Translations under genes and position numbers: made by a program | Notes under the pieces: generated by a model | Databases searched by the model: none | What the model was told of the DNA's origin: nothing | What the model saw: the letters and a program-made list of their open reading frames with translations, nothing else | From: the human T2T-CHM13v2.0 reference genome, Homo sapiens | Reading direction: 5' to 3' (one strand) | NCBI RefSeq assembly: GCF_009914755.1 | Contig: NC_060945.1 | DNA length: 64,000 nucleotides | Shown: positions 1 through 14,277 of the stretch, in pieces | Position numbering within the stretch: position 1 is the stretch's first letter | Layout of the letters: the number at the start of each line of letters is the position of its first letter

Positions 1-85
1 AAAGTGCTATGGGAGGCAGGATGGCCTTATTTCAGGGTGCTCCCCCTCCAAACACAATTTAGTACTTGCCTGTGATACAGGATAG

Positions 86-412
<327 letters not shown>

Positions 413-1899
413 AGTGCTGTGGTTTTAACTTGGTATCTACTTCATCGATTATTTGAGTTTTAAACTAAATTCCAGAATACAAATGTCTTAATAAGGCAAA
501 AATATACAAATGATTTTACCTTCCAAATGACTGGGCTTTAAACAGTACTTATACCTCTTGGTTCTTTTATTTTTAAACAAAGATTGTATTGGGAAGTATT
601 TTCTCTTAAAATTCTAATTCAAAATACTTGTGTATTTGAAAATATTAAGGAACAAAACTCATCTTTGTGTATGTGTGTACACAAAGACTTCTAATTAACA
701 AGGGCAGTTTAAAAATACCCAAGTCTCTGGGTGAAAAAGCAACACTGGGCATTTGCCTTACAAAAAGCAGCTTTTAGCAAAATCATTAATTACCCTCCTA
801 AAACAATCCAATGTCAGCTCTAGAGCACTTATTTTGAAAAATATTTCTTAGAAGTATCACTGTTCTAAAACTATGATGTGTACATATACATAAGTCATAG
901 CTACTTGTAATATTCAGAAGTATCTTTCCTGGGACAACAAGGCCTAATTTTAAAATACTGCTTTATAAAAAAATCAAATATTCTTTCACAAATATCACAG
1001 AGGTGATTCAAGCAATAATAAAGTCTATTTTAAAATGTAAATTAAAAGCATCAAATTTTTACATTTGCTAATGACTGTTCTGTTTATATGCAGTCCATGA
1101 CTACAGTATGTATTTGAAAATTAAATAAGGCTATGAGGTTTACAAAATTTTATTTTAAAAGCCATATCAAATCTTAAAGTAAGAAAGTAATCTAGTAATT
1201 CCTTTAACAATAAACTAGAACGATAGACTACTCCCTGGAAATACATTCTGAAATATTTGCTACAATATCTTACCTTTAACTGCAATTTCTCCTTTATACA
1301 TGACTAACCATATTACCTTGATGAAAACTATGGTTTAAGCATAAGGATAATGGCATCCTAAAATAAAATGTTGTGACATTTGTTTGATGTTTTTAATATT
1401 GTATTTATTAAAATAACTATTTTGACAGTAAACATAAGATTTCTGGATCAAAGAAAGATTATTTACTTGCATAATATCTTAATGACAGTCCTCATGCCCC
1501 AATATCTCAATAACATAATGAGATTCAGATGTCACATACATATCCTATATGGGGGTTTGCATCACAGGAAACTCTGAAATTACAAATCTCACATTTTATG
1601 TAGGGCAGGCTGTACAACTCCCATTTTGTCCTCAGAAAAAGGAAAAAGACCTTATCTTCCTAAAATAAATCCTTACTATGGATCAGAGGGGGAAATCTTT
1701 AAGTTCATTACTATTTGAAATGTAAACATGTGGCCCCAGGGAAGGAAAAACTGTAAACCTCTACTAAGAAATACGCAGTCTCTTAACTTTGAACTCACTA
1801 ACTCATCCTTTAACCTTAGTTGCCAGGGATTTTTTTTTACTCAAATTCCAGAAGGTGAAAAAAATAAAAAATTCATGTGGCATTGCTTCTTGACACTGA

Positions 1900-4010
1900 T
1901 ATTATGATTGAAAGAGTAACATGGCCTTAAATTACCCAAGCAACACAAACAACTACAAAAATAGACAAAATATAGAAAGCATCCATTTTTGACATTGTAG
2001 AACAGGCAGCACAGAACTGTGATCCAGGAGAAGGAAAACAAATCAGGTGGGGCTCCTAGGCTTTAAGGTGTAGGGATCAGATGTTCTGTAGTTCAGGAAG
2101 GGAGAAAGCCAAAAAGGGCTCAACATTCTCAATGAATTGATGAAACAAGGATCAGCAGATGAAAAGACTAAGGTACTAATAATTTGTGGAATAGAGTTTC
2201 TTAGATGAGGTGACTCCAAGAGAAGGAATCTGGAAATATGAATAAGAATCCCCTTGGGTTTTTCAGCTGCCCACCTATTTGAGAATGCATTGGTGAAATA
2301 CTATGAGGCCTAGACAGGGCATCTTTTAGGAGAAGAACAATTAGTTCTCAGGGAGCTACAAGTTAAAAAAAATTCCAAGAGTTCACACGAAGACGGTCAG
2401 TAATGAAAGACCATTTTAAATACACAGTGTGTTCATCAGAGATCTCTAACTGGCCATACCTAAGAAGTGTGGTTAATTAACCCAAGAGTAAAGTCTATTC
2501 TGAACCTGTCCTAAGAGCACTTACCAATATACATTTAAGGATTCAAACTGATCTTCAAGAATATAACTTTCAGAAAAAATTTTAACACTATTTAAATGAG
2601 TAAAACAAAATCCAACACTCAACACTGTATAATTAACAATATCTGATACCCGCAACAAATAAACAAGTAGAAAAAAAATAACCAGGAGGATAGTCACTCA
2701 ATAGAAACAGAAACAGAACTAACAAATCAGTAGACTAGTATATTTAAAAAGCCAGTATATTTTTGCCATATATACTCATGCATATCTGCTCAATATACAA
2801 AATTATAAATATAATGAGAAAGAAATTAAGGATATAAAAAGAACCAAACTGAACTTTTAACGGTAAAATGACATCTAAATTTTAAGAGAACTTTAGGCAC
2901 TATTGAATATAAGATTTATTAAGTAGAAGATATAAAAGCAGAAAATATCCAAAACGAAGACAGAGAGAGAGGAAGAAAGAAAGACTGAAAGCCTAAGCAG
3001 ACTCTCCTTAACATGCTGGAAAAATATCAAGCACTCAATCCTATATGTTACTTGAGTACCAGAGAAATTACTAAAATATTATAAATTTTACCAAAATTCT
3101 ATACTCACAGACCCTAAAGTCTCAATTAACCCAAGGCAAGATAAACATATAAAGTACTACACCAAAGTACGTAAAATCAAATAGCTGAAAGCCTGTAATA
3201 AAAGAGAAATCTTAAAATAGACAGATATAAAAAACATTAGGCACAGAGAAACAAATATGTGAATAAAAATATGCTACTAATCCGAAATGATACAGGTTAA
3301 AAGAGAATGTGAGAATGTGATGACATTGTTACTATAGCCAAAACAATCCCACTGTCAACCTATAACTCTGCACCCAGGCAAAAAATATTTTTAAAGTATA
3401 GACATTAAAAAATTTTCAAACAAATAAACATGAGTAAATATATCACCAGCAGACCTATATTAATAGAAATTATAATTAACCATGGGTGACAGACCACTTT
3501 TCCCCAAGGTTAGGGAGACAATAAGGATATCCCTTCTATTCAACATTACACTGAAAGTCCCAGTCAGCACAATGAAGCAAAAAAAAAAAAAAAAAAAAAA
3601 AAAAATAAGTAAAACAAAAACGGAATGAAAAGAAAGAGACAAAGTTGTATTCATGTGCAGACACAGGAACATTTACATGAAAAAATTCAATAAATTTTCA
3701 AAAATACCGATAAGTGAGTTTAGTACTGTGTAAAGTACAAAGTCAATAACCCAAATCTATTATGTTTCTGTACTTCAGGAGCAAGGGTTAAAAATCAAAA
3801 TTTAAAAGTACATATCATTTATAATAGCAACAGAAAATATGAAATATTTAAGAAAAAATTTAACAAATTAAATCAGCTAAAATATAAACATGTAATAAAT
3901 CACTGATGAGACAAACTAAAAACACAGGAGAAATGAAGAGATATGCTATGTTTAGGAATCAGAAGACTCATTGTTGGTAAGGTGTTGGTTTTTCTCTAAT
4001 TAATATCTAA
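1900..4010 (+). mobile_element. Ancient L1M (L1ME-type) 5' region/ORF1 relic joined to ORF2 fragments
   Basis: gacattgtagaacaggcagcacagaactgtgatcc resembles the L1ME 5' end; A-rich ORF1-like sequence; ORF2-like cttctattcaacattacactgaaagtcc at ~3533-3560. Confidence 0.75.
3579..3605 (+). repeat. Poly(A)27 mononucleotide run inside L1 relic
   Basis: Directly visible. Confidence 0.95.
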
Positions 4011-4430
4011 GCGTAATGTATACATATATATTTTTTCATTATCTGCCTCTGTATCTTATTAAATATGATTTGTATTATGAAGAAATAAGTGAATATACAT
4101 ATATAATATATAGATTAACTAATATACAATTTTATATAATAAGTAAAATTCATTCTAATATAAGTATTAATGGAAATTATTATTTTCTTTGTTCCTTCCT
4201 GCTTTTCTCTCCTCCTGTATCTGCAAAAGTTCAAGATTTTTGTGCACCTCCTCTGAGCTATAGCTTTCTGTTCGTGACTTCTAGGGAGGCTATAGAAAAT
4301 TGAAAATAATTAGAAAAACTTACATTGCAAATACAATAAATAAATCAATCATAATTAGAATTTTGCTTTATAGTCAAGAGGAGCTCAATAAGAACTCCTT
4401 AGTGATATGATTAAGAGGAAGACAGTTATA

Positions 4431-5020
4431 ATGGAAAACAATGTGGAGATTCCTTATAGAACTAAACGTGGAACTACCATTCAATCCAGCAATCCCACTA
4501 CTCGGTACTAACCAAAGAAAAAGAAGTCATTATATGAAAAAGACACATGTACACACATGCTTATAACAGCACAATCGCACTTGCAAAAATATGGAAACAA
4601 CCTAAATGCCCATCAACCAATGAGTGGATAAAGAGAATGTGGTATATATACACCGTAGAATAGTACTCAGTCATAAAACAGAATCAAATAATGGCCTTTG
4701 CAGCAAGTTGGTTGGAGTTAGAGGCCGTTATTCTAAATGAAGTAACTCAGGAATGGAAAACAAAATATTTTATGTTCTCCCTTATAAGTGGGAGCTAAGC
4801 TATGAGTATGCAAAGGGATAAGAATGATATACTAGGCTTTGGGGACTTGTGGGGAAGGGTGGAAACGGGATGAGGAATTAGACTACATATGGGGTACAAT
4901 GCAAACTGCTCTGGTGACAGGTCACCAAAATCTCAGAGAACACTACTAAAGAACTTATCCATGTAACCAAAATACCCCAAAAACGATTGAAATAGAAGAA
5001 AAACAAAAAATAAAATACGA
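4431..5020 (+). mobile_element. 5'-truncated L1PB (L1PB1/2-like) 3' end
   Basis: aagtaactcaggaatggaaaac, agctaagctatgagtatgcaaagg and caccaaaatctcagag motifs; A-rich tail; possible TSD gacagttata/gatagttata. Confidence 0.9.
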
Positions 5021-6269
5021 AATGATAGTTATAACCCAGTAATAAACATCTAAGTAACAATTTCTATACTTAATAGTTTAATGGAATTTGATTAATTTGA
5101 TGTATTTTAGATTTCTGATTTGCTCTATGATATATTGACTAAAATCTAATATTTTATGAATAATTAAAAATGAAAATCAGCATTGACCTTACTGAAAATA
5201 TAAAGAAATGCATTTTTCTTTATATATAATTACATTAATATGTATATACATTTGATTTTTTGTAGAACTTTCAGCACTCCTATTTTCATTCAAGTATGAT
5301 TATTGTTAAATACTTTATTATATTAAAAAATCTGGAGGAGAATTTCTTTACACACGCCCCAGGGTAGCCCATTTTTACTCACTAGCCCATGGAGTCCAGA
5401 TTAGTTATCACAGTTATTATATAAATTATACCTCATAAGTTTACATAATTTAATTCACTTGAAAAGGCTTTGTGAAGTGTTCTACTACTAGTATTTGTTA
5501 TTTTCATTGTTTATATGTTTAAATTTGTTATATTAAGAAATGAAAAGAAACACATGAAACCTATATTTTTCATTTCACATAATAATGAATAATATGTATT
5601 TGTCAATATTTTCATTAAAGTACAGTTTGTATATATTATTAATTTCTTGTAAAAGTTTATGCATTTAACATAAATTAAATATAGAATTTGAATATGGATC
5701 TATTCTCTACTCCAGTGCTGCAGAAATATAGATTATTTTGCCTTAGTACATGGATTATGATATATATACAAATATAATTGTAGAAATATATGCAGAATAA
5801 GGCACATAGCTTATCAGTTTTTTCTTACATACATGACCTGGATTCCAATATTATTTTTTACCTACCATTTTACTAAAGAATGTAACATTTGTTTTTTGCC
5901 ATGTGAATTAATGTTCTGTAAATGTCCACCTGAATATAGAAACATATATTTATTTAGTTTCCTATTATATGAGTTGTCATTAATGATTTCTAAAATTGGA
6001 TACTATTGTGTAGACAGTATCAAATTCTTGACTATTATGAATAATATTGTAATAAACATCTTTGTAGCTTAATTGTTGCACATTTTCATAAATACATTTT
6101 CAAACACATTTCTAGAACTATGGTCTCCATGTCAATGATTATCTGTTTTACAAAGTATTTTAAAATAGCCTTTATGCCAACTTTGATCCCTAGCGATAGC
6201 ATATGAGAAGGTCCAATTCTCTATTTATTTGTAGCAATTAGTAATCATCTTATTTGATGGATACATCTA

Positions 6270-6349
6270 TTATGTTGCTGCAAAATTAATTGTACTTTGG
6301 GCCATTAGTTTATATGGTGGAAACCGCAATTACTTTTACACCAACCTAT
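6270..6349. mobile_element. MADE1 (Hsmar1-derived 80-bp MITE)
   Basis: ttatgttgctgcaaaattaattg...aaaccgcaattacttttacaccaaccta matches the MADE1 inverted repeats. Confidence 0.9.
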
Positions 6350-7015
6350 ACCAATTACAAGTGGTAACATTTTCAAGCAGCTGCCTATATAAAATTTATG
6401 CTAATATTACCACAAGCATTGAAAACATTGAAAACCACATGCAGTTAATCTGCTCTTACAGGGTTACAATGGACTATTTGGGGGGGGCGGGGAACAGAGG
6501 AAAAAAGGAATTAATTACTCAGTGGCATAACCTTTGAAAGAACACATTATTTTTAATTGACCTCTTGGCTTTCCTGAGAGTTCTGAAGTATTGAATGAGA
6601 ATAGCTTCTCATTAATAATAGTATTTACAACAAAACAATTATATCCATAATTTTTTGTGTGTGGATGGAGAGATTTTTCCTATAAAATAAAAGTTATGTA
6701 TTCAAAATATAGACTGTAACAAATAATATTTTAATATATGATGATAAAAAATACTTAAATTTCTCTTTATAAATTAAGAAACACTATTGATATGTATTCT
6801 GGACAACAGAACCCTCAACAATAGAAATTATTGTAGCTTCTTATATTTATAAAATGGAAAATTGGAAAAATCCGAAATCAAAAAAATGAAATAACAATAC
6901 AAACATAAAACAGTACTAAACTTGTCTTTGCAAATAAAGTACTATCATTCTTTACCACTAAATATTTAAAAGAATAAATGGAAACGGTGACTATTTTTAT
7001 TAAATAAGAAAGGGT

Positions 7016-7035
7016 ATACTGCCACCTAGTGGTTC
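7016..7035 (-). promoter_or_regulatory. Candidate CTCF binding site
   Basis: Minus strand reads GAACCACTAGGTGGCAGTAT, with CCACTAGGTGGCA core (7020-7032) matching the CTCF consensus. Confidence 0.65.
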
Positions 7036-7650
7036 ATGGTGTGGCTCAAGGGCAATATTTTCTCCTCCAAGTATTCTTAGATCCTGCTGATCAAGGGAGG
7101 CTGATGGCTGAATATTTTACAGTTAAACCAGTTAAATAATTATCAAAATTATTTCATTTTCATGAAATTACTCTTAACCACGTTATACTTTATTACCTTC
7201 ACCTTAAAAGATTAAAACCCTTAATAACAAAGCATAGATGGCTGTTCAGAAAATAAAATTTCAACATAATAACTTCCATAAAAGCAGTGAAGATGAAAAT
7301 GAATATTTTCTTGTGAAGAATATGGTGACTAATTTAAAGATCTTTCAATTTATGAATACTTCATTTAGACTACCTACTATTTGAGTAAAGTAATAAATTT
7401 AATATGTTTTCCATGATGTAACCCACATGATGGAAACTCAAAATTAACTACATTAATCATAATGGATAATCAAATTGAATATTAAAAATGCAATTAATCT
7501 TTTAAAAGAAAGTATTTTTTGAGATCATTAAGCTGAAGAGGAGAACAAAAAGAAACAAATAGAAAAATATTTTCAAGGAATCTCTTTATATCTATGTTAT
7601 GTTATCTGATAAATTATTGATCTTTTTCACTTCTCTTCTATGGGTGGTTC

Positions 7651-7686
7651 TGTGTGTGTGTATGTGTGTGTGTGTGTTTGTGTGTG
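7651..7686. repeat. (TG)n microsatellite, interrupted
   Basis: Directly visible. Confidence 0.9.
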
Positions 7687-8014
7687 CATGTTCATTGTGT
7701 TTGTATTATATAATAATGGACATAATTTTGTGATTGTAGAATATCTTCAAGATGTTTGAGCCATACATGTAGAGTGACTATCCTTTCTAGTATCAAATGA
7801 ATGACCTAATCATTTAAATAAATAATTAGTTTAAATAATTAGATTATATTTTATCAATTAGGAATGATCTGCATTCAGTTTATAATCATTAAACATGAAT
7901 CCTTTAATAGTGGACACGAGATGATGAGGTTTTTTGATTAAAACAATTATACAAAAACTACATTATCAAAAATCAATATTCTGCTACAAAATAGCTGCAA
8001 TACAAAATTCATTG

Positions 8015-8131
8015 TGGAGCGCGGTGGTGCCATCATGGCTCACTGCAGCCTAGACATTCTGGGCTCAAGTAATCCTCCTGCCTTAGCCTCCCAAAGCACC
8101 AGGATTACAGGCATGAGTCACTGCACCCAGC
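8015..8131 (-). mobile_element. FLAM/Alu monomer
   Basis: ggctcactgcagcctagac...ggctcaagtaatcctcctgcc...cacccagc; single monomer. Confidence 0.85.
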
Positions 8132-8154
8132 ATAATCATTCTCTATAGCAAGTA

Positions 8155-8545
8155 CAGAACTTTTTGACTTGCAATGGGGGTTATTTTCCAATAAACCCAT
8201 CATAAGTTGAAAATATTGTTTAGTCAAAAATGCATACAATACACCTAACCTACTGAAAATAGCTCAGCCTCGCCTACCTTAAACATGCTCACAACACTTA
8301 TATTAGTGTATTATTGGCCAAAATCATCTGGCAACATAGTAGACAGTACACTGGAGAGTATCAGTTTACCCTTATGATGGCATAACTGATGAGGAGCTGT
8401 ATCTGCCCAGCATCCTGAGACTGTATCACATAGCACTAGCTTTGGAAAAAATCAAAATTCAAAATTCAAAGTATGGCTTTTCACTTTCACACCATCGTAA
8501 AGTAGAAAATTATAAGTGAAACCATTGTAAGTCAGGAACTGTCTG
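8155..8545 (+). mobile_element. MER47B-like Tigger DNA transposon (non-autonomous)
   Basis: CAG...CTG termini flanked by TA at 8153-8154 and 8546-8547; ataaacccatcataagttgaaaatat and aaaatcatctggcaaca motifs. Confidence 0.85.
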
Positions 8546-8604
8546 TACAGCTTTTTATCAGTGCCAGAATGATAGCATAAGAAAAGGAGACATCAAAGAC
8601 ACAT

Positions 8605-9240
8605 TGATTCATTTATATATCAATTCACCAAACACATAGAGAGCATATTCTAAGGGTAATCCAGTGTGCTAGGAGGTGGGGGTGCTACAATGAAAAGTTG
8701 GATCAAACTGGCACAGTCTTTGTTCTCCTGAAATTAATTTTATTTGGAACACAGAGTCACACATAAGAAGAGGAGAAAATAAAAATGGAAAGCCTTGGAT
8801 TTGGGGAAAGAGACAATCATGAAATATCCAGAGAACAAGCATCTAGACAAAGGGAAAGCAGGCAAGCATCAGAGAAAAAAGGTTTTCCAGGCTTCAGGTA
8901 CTGTAAAGAGAGAAGGGTCACATTAAGTGAGCAGGCAAATGGGCAGGAGAAAGGAAGTTAATGAGGAAAAGGAAACAGGGACCAGATTATGGAGGGACAC
9001 AGAGGGCAGATAGGAAGTTTGAATTTAATTTGAAAGATCGTTTCCAAAATCCTGCTTTCATAAATGATGGGGAAATAAGATTTTAAAGAGATAAATATAG
9101 GAAAAGGAGCATATTTGAGTAAAAGGAAGAAAGAAAATGAATTCAGTGTGGACAAGTTGAAGTTGAAGGTGTGTCTGTGTATCACATTAAGCTGATGGAT
9201 GACAGGTGGGAAGGATAACGGGCTTTCACTTCAGCAGCTG
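8605..9240 (-). mobile_element. L2 LINE fragments
   Basis: attcattta...tgtgctagg 3'-end signature; gaccagattatggaggg and gaattcagtgtggacaagttgaag L2-like segments. Confidence 0.65.
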
Positions 9241-9378
9241 CAGTGATCAAATAAAAAGATTTTTTACCTCTTAAAATGTCCCTCTGATGAGACTTAGAAA
9301 ATGACATAAAAAATAGGAACAATACCTATAGTCATTACAAAGCATCATTGTCCAAACTAATTAATTTAAAAGGCTGTA

Positions 9379-9820
<442 letters not shown>

Positions 9821-10682
9821 TTACCACCTTATTCAACTGAGGAAACTTATCGTTGCCAACAGTGAAACAATTGTACAATACACCCTTTAATGAATTTAAT
9901 GTGTAAATTCACACATTACTTTAGTATTCTCACCAGCTGCCCACCCCCCCCAAAAAAAAATCAGTTTGCTATGTGTGGAAATGATCACAACAGTTTAAAA
10001 TTATAGACTGATCTATGGTGAAACAGACTTGGATGTGTCAAAAGAGTGTATGCCATGTAAATCAAACAATCAAAGAAACAGAGTGGTAGGGTTGAGGTTG
10101 GGGTGTGGTCTGGTCTAAAAGAAATCAAGATAAATAAATACGAATTGCTTCCTCAGCAAAAATAATGAAGTCACAGGCATCACATTGCCTGGCTTCAAAC
10201 TATACTACAAGGCTATAGAAAGCAAAACAACATGGTACCAGTACCAAAATACCAGGCACATAGATCCATGGAACAGAATAGAGAACCCAGAAATAAAATC
10301 AGACACCTAACAACCAGCTGACCTTTGACGAAGTTGACAAAAATAAACAATGGGGATAGGAAAATGTATCTAATAAATGGTGCTGGAAAAACTGGCCAGC
10401 CACATGTAAAAGAATAAAACTGGACTCCTATCTCTAATCACATACAAAAATTAACTCAAGATGGATTAAAATAGTTAAATATAAGACCTTAAACTATAAA
10501 AATTCTGGAAGGAAGCCTAGGGAAAACTTGTGGACATCAGCTTAGGCAAAGAATTTATGACTAAAATCTCAAAAGCAAATGCAGCAAAAACAAAAATGAC
10601 AAATGAAACTTATTAAAATTAAAGAGCTTCTGCACAGGAAAAGAAACAGTCAACAGAGTAAACAGACAACCTAGGGCAATAG

Positions 10683-11543
10683 TGAAACTGGAAAAGTTCC
10701 CTTGTTCCCTTCGCAGGGCATGCAATGGGAGTGTGGCTTGCTGCTTCTTCAGTGCCCTGCTGCTCAAGCTCCTAGCGGGAGCATGCAGATGGGCAGGTTG
10801 TGGGGCTCTGACCCCACAGCAGTGTCTAGGGGTGGAACGTTTACAGCTGAAGTCCCAGTGGCCGTGTGTTACAATATGCTGTTTCATTTTAGCCTTCTGT
10901 AGGCAGCTTGTGCTAGGCAGCTCAGTTAGGCTCCCTGCCTTATCGCAAGGACAGAGGGCTTTCTGTATCCCGGAGTTTCTTGCCTTGGTGCACCAGAAGA
11001 ATCAGATCACACGTGGGCTTTGAGAATGAGTGCAAGGTTTTTCTGAGTGGAAGTAGCTCTCAGCAAATGGGGAGACCAGAAGGGAGATGGAGTAGGAGGG
11101 TGGTTTTCCCCTGCAGCAGGGTTGCTCAGCAGCCCTGACTCCCCTCCTACCCAAACTCCCGCGTCGTTCCGCTGGTGGATGGCCTGCTGGCCTGCCACGT
11201 CTATACCTGTGCTCTTACACTGGTGCATGCCCCTTGACACCCAGCCGCTTGGGTCTCTTCCCACTGGTGTGTTCCTCTCGATGACCAGCTCCTTGTGTCT
11301 TCCTCTGCTGGTCTAACTTCTGCCATCTTCTTTGACGTCCAGCTGCTTGTGTCTCTTCTCATTAGTGTCTGGGGGTTTTATAGGCACAGGATGCAGGGAG
11401 TGGTGGGCCAGGGTGGTCTTGGGAAATGCAACATTTGGGCAGGAAAACAGAAATGCCTGTTCTCACATAGGTTCATGGGCACAGGTGCAGGGGTGAAGCC
11501 CTAGCCAGAGACCTCGCCCTTTCCTTCCCTGCACTTCCTGTCA
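10683..11543 (-). mobile_element. ERV1 LTR, LTR28-like (LTR1/LTR27/LTR28/MER52 group)
   Basis: TG...CA termini; minus strand has cctgcccaaatgttgcatttcccaagaccaccctgg and TATA-like cctataaaaaccc. Confidence 0.8.
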
Positions 11544-11562
11544 CCCTCTTGTATAAATAGAA

Positions 11563-11585
11563 CTCTTTCTTTCTTTCTTTCTTTC

Positions 11586-11637
<52 letters not shown>

Positions 11638-11685
11638 TTCTTTCTTTCTTTTCTTTTCTCTTTCTTTCTTCCTTTTTTTTTTTTG
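11563..11685. repeat. (TTTC)n tetranucleotide STR derived from Alu tail
   Basis: Directly visible. Confidence 0.95.
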
Positions 11686-11966
11686 ACAGAGTTTTGCTCT
11701 TGTCGCCCAGGCTGGAGTGCAGTGGCACGATCTTGGCTCACTGCAACCTCTGCCTCCCGAGCTCAAGTGATTCTTCTGCCTCAGCCTCTTGAATAGCTGG
11801 GATTACAGGCGCGTGCCACCACGCAGGCTAATTTTTTTGTATTTTTAGTAGAGATGGGATTTTTCCATGTTGAGCAGGCTGGTCTCGAACTCCTGACCTC
11901 AGGTGATCTGCCCACTTCGGCCTCCCAAAGTGCTGGGATGACAGGCATGAGCCACCAGGCCTGGGC
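11686..11966 (-). mobile_element. AluSp/Sq-like
   Basis: Antisense Alu with gttttgctcttgt diagnostic. Confidence 0.9.
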
Positions 11967-13959
11967 AGGAGAATATTTTTCTATTAAAATGTGACTCCGA
12001 TGAGACTTAGAAGACTTCATAAAATAGAAAATTCCTAACAGAATAGGATAAAATATGTGCAAACTATCCACGCAACAAAGGACTAATATCCAATATATAA
12101 AACTTAAACAAATCAATAACACAAAAACGAATAACCCCATTAAAAAGTAGGCAAAGGACATAAAGAAATACTTCTCAAAAGAAGACATACAAATGACCAA
12201 CAAACATGAAAAAAAATGCTCATCATCACTAATCATCAGAGAAATGCAAATTAAAAGCACCATGAGACACCATCTCACACCAGTCAAAATGGCTATTAAA
12301 AAGTCAAGAAATAACAGATGTTGGAGAGGTTGCATAGAAAAGCGAATGCTTATACACTGTTTGTAGGAGTGTAAATTAGTTCAGCACCTGTGGAAAACAG
12401 TTTGAAGATTCCTCAAATAACTTAAAATAGAACTATTATTTGACCCAGGAATCCCATTACAGGATATCTACCTGAAGGAAAAGAAATCATTCTAGCAAAA
12501 AGACACCTGCACTTTCATATTTAACACAGCAGTATTCACACTTAGGAATAAACCTAAGTGTCTATCAGTGGCTGATTGGATAAAATGTGGTACATATATA
12601 CCATGGAATACTATGCAGCCAAAAAAAGTAATGAAATAATGGCCTGTGCAGCAACATGGATGCAGATGGAGGCCATTATCCTAAGTGCATTAACACAGAA
12701 AGAGAAAATCAAATACCACATGTTCTCAGTTATAAGTGAGAGCCGAAAAAAAATGGATAGGCATGGACACAAAAATGTAAACAATAGAAACTGGGGTCTC
12801 CCAAAGAGCAGTTGGGAGGATGAGAGTGTGTAAGGATTGAACAATTACCTATTGAGTACTATGTGCAGTATTTGGGTGATGGGTTCAAAAGAAGCCTAAA
12901 CTCCAGGATTACACAATATACCCATGTAACAAACCCACATGTGTACCCCCTGAAACTAAAATAAAAAGAAATACTAATTGCAACACATGACTTTTGATAA
13001 ATGATAAATTAAAACCAAAGAAATGAAGGCATTATTCAGATAATTTAGAAAATATAATATGAACTAAATACTTGATGAAATTCCTAATTAATGAAAATAT
13101 CTCAAGGTGAAAATAGTACATGAAAATCTTATCATCATTCTGTAATTCATGAATTAGTTAGTGATGTTGTGTTATGAAGACAGCAACTTACATACAGGTG
13201 GTTCAAAAAAAATAAAGAAATTGAAACTTCTAAGAAAACAGATTAGATGCAGTTTTACCTGCTCCTTTCATGAAGCTGAACTGAAAACTCTGAACATGAT
13301 TCTTCACTACTGCCTTACAAGTCCCTTAGACTCTGTTTACTTACTTATTTTTAGTCTTGTGTGTGTGTGTGTGTTTTATGTAGTTATTTATCACTACATT
13401 GTCAAGTACAGGAAATTCTTCCAAGTCTCATTAACCATTAATAACAAAGAAATACATGTTTCTGTAGAGTGTAAAATAATATATGCAACTAAGCATCAGA
13501 GGGGTCCTGCATGTGAAGTTTTAGTAGATATTGACAACTTCTCCGAAGTGAATATACCACTGAGACAGGCTACAGAGCACTCATGATGAATACCTTTTAT
13601 ACAACTCTTTATTCTCACATTTGTCAAATTTTGGTTTAGCTTTTAATTTTAATCATTCTGCTGGACATGTGGTATTATGTCAGAATGATTTTATTTGCAC
13701 TGTCCTAGTGATTAAAATGTTTGAGCAACTCTTTGTGTGCTTATTGGTATTTTGTATATACTCTTTTGTAAAATAGCTATTCAAATCTTTTGCCCATTTT
13801 TGAGGCAATTGGCCTGTTTTTTTCTTTTTGATTATTTTCTGTGTATCATGGATATGTGTCTTTTAAAAGTTTTGTGACTATTTTCTCACATGGAGCTGTT
13901 TGCTGTTGCTGCCTTATTTTGAGCTCTTTTGATAAAACCTATTCATGTAAATTAATTAA

Positions 13960-14277
<318 letters not shown>

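Larger units (their letters stand above)
10149..12968 (+). mobile_element. 5'-truncated L1PB4/L1PA16-like element interrupted at 10674-12033
   Basis: ORF2 3' part and 3'UTR; TSD aaatacgaattgc (10136-10148) / aaatactaattgc (12969-12981). Confidence 0.9.

Noticed and set aside
11781-12335. Longest ORF (184 aa, minus strand)
   Set aside because: Antisense L1 sequence fused to Alu; typical repeat-derived spurious ORF
13161-13586. 141-aa ORF
   Set aside because: Non-ATG start, includes a (GT)n run, no recognisable domain or exon context
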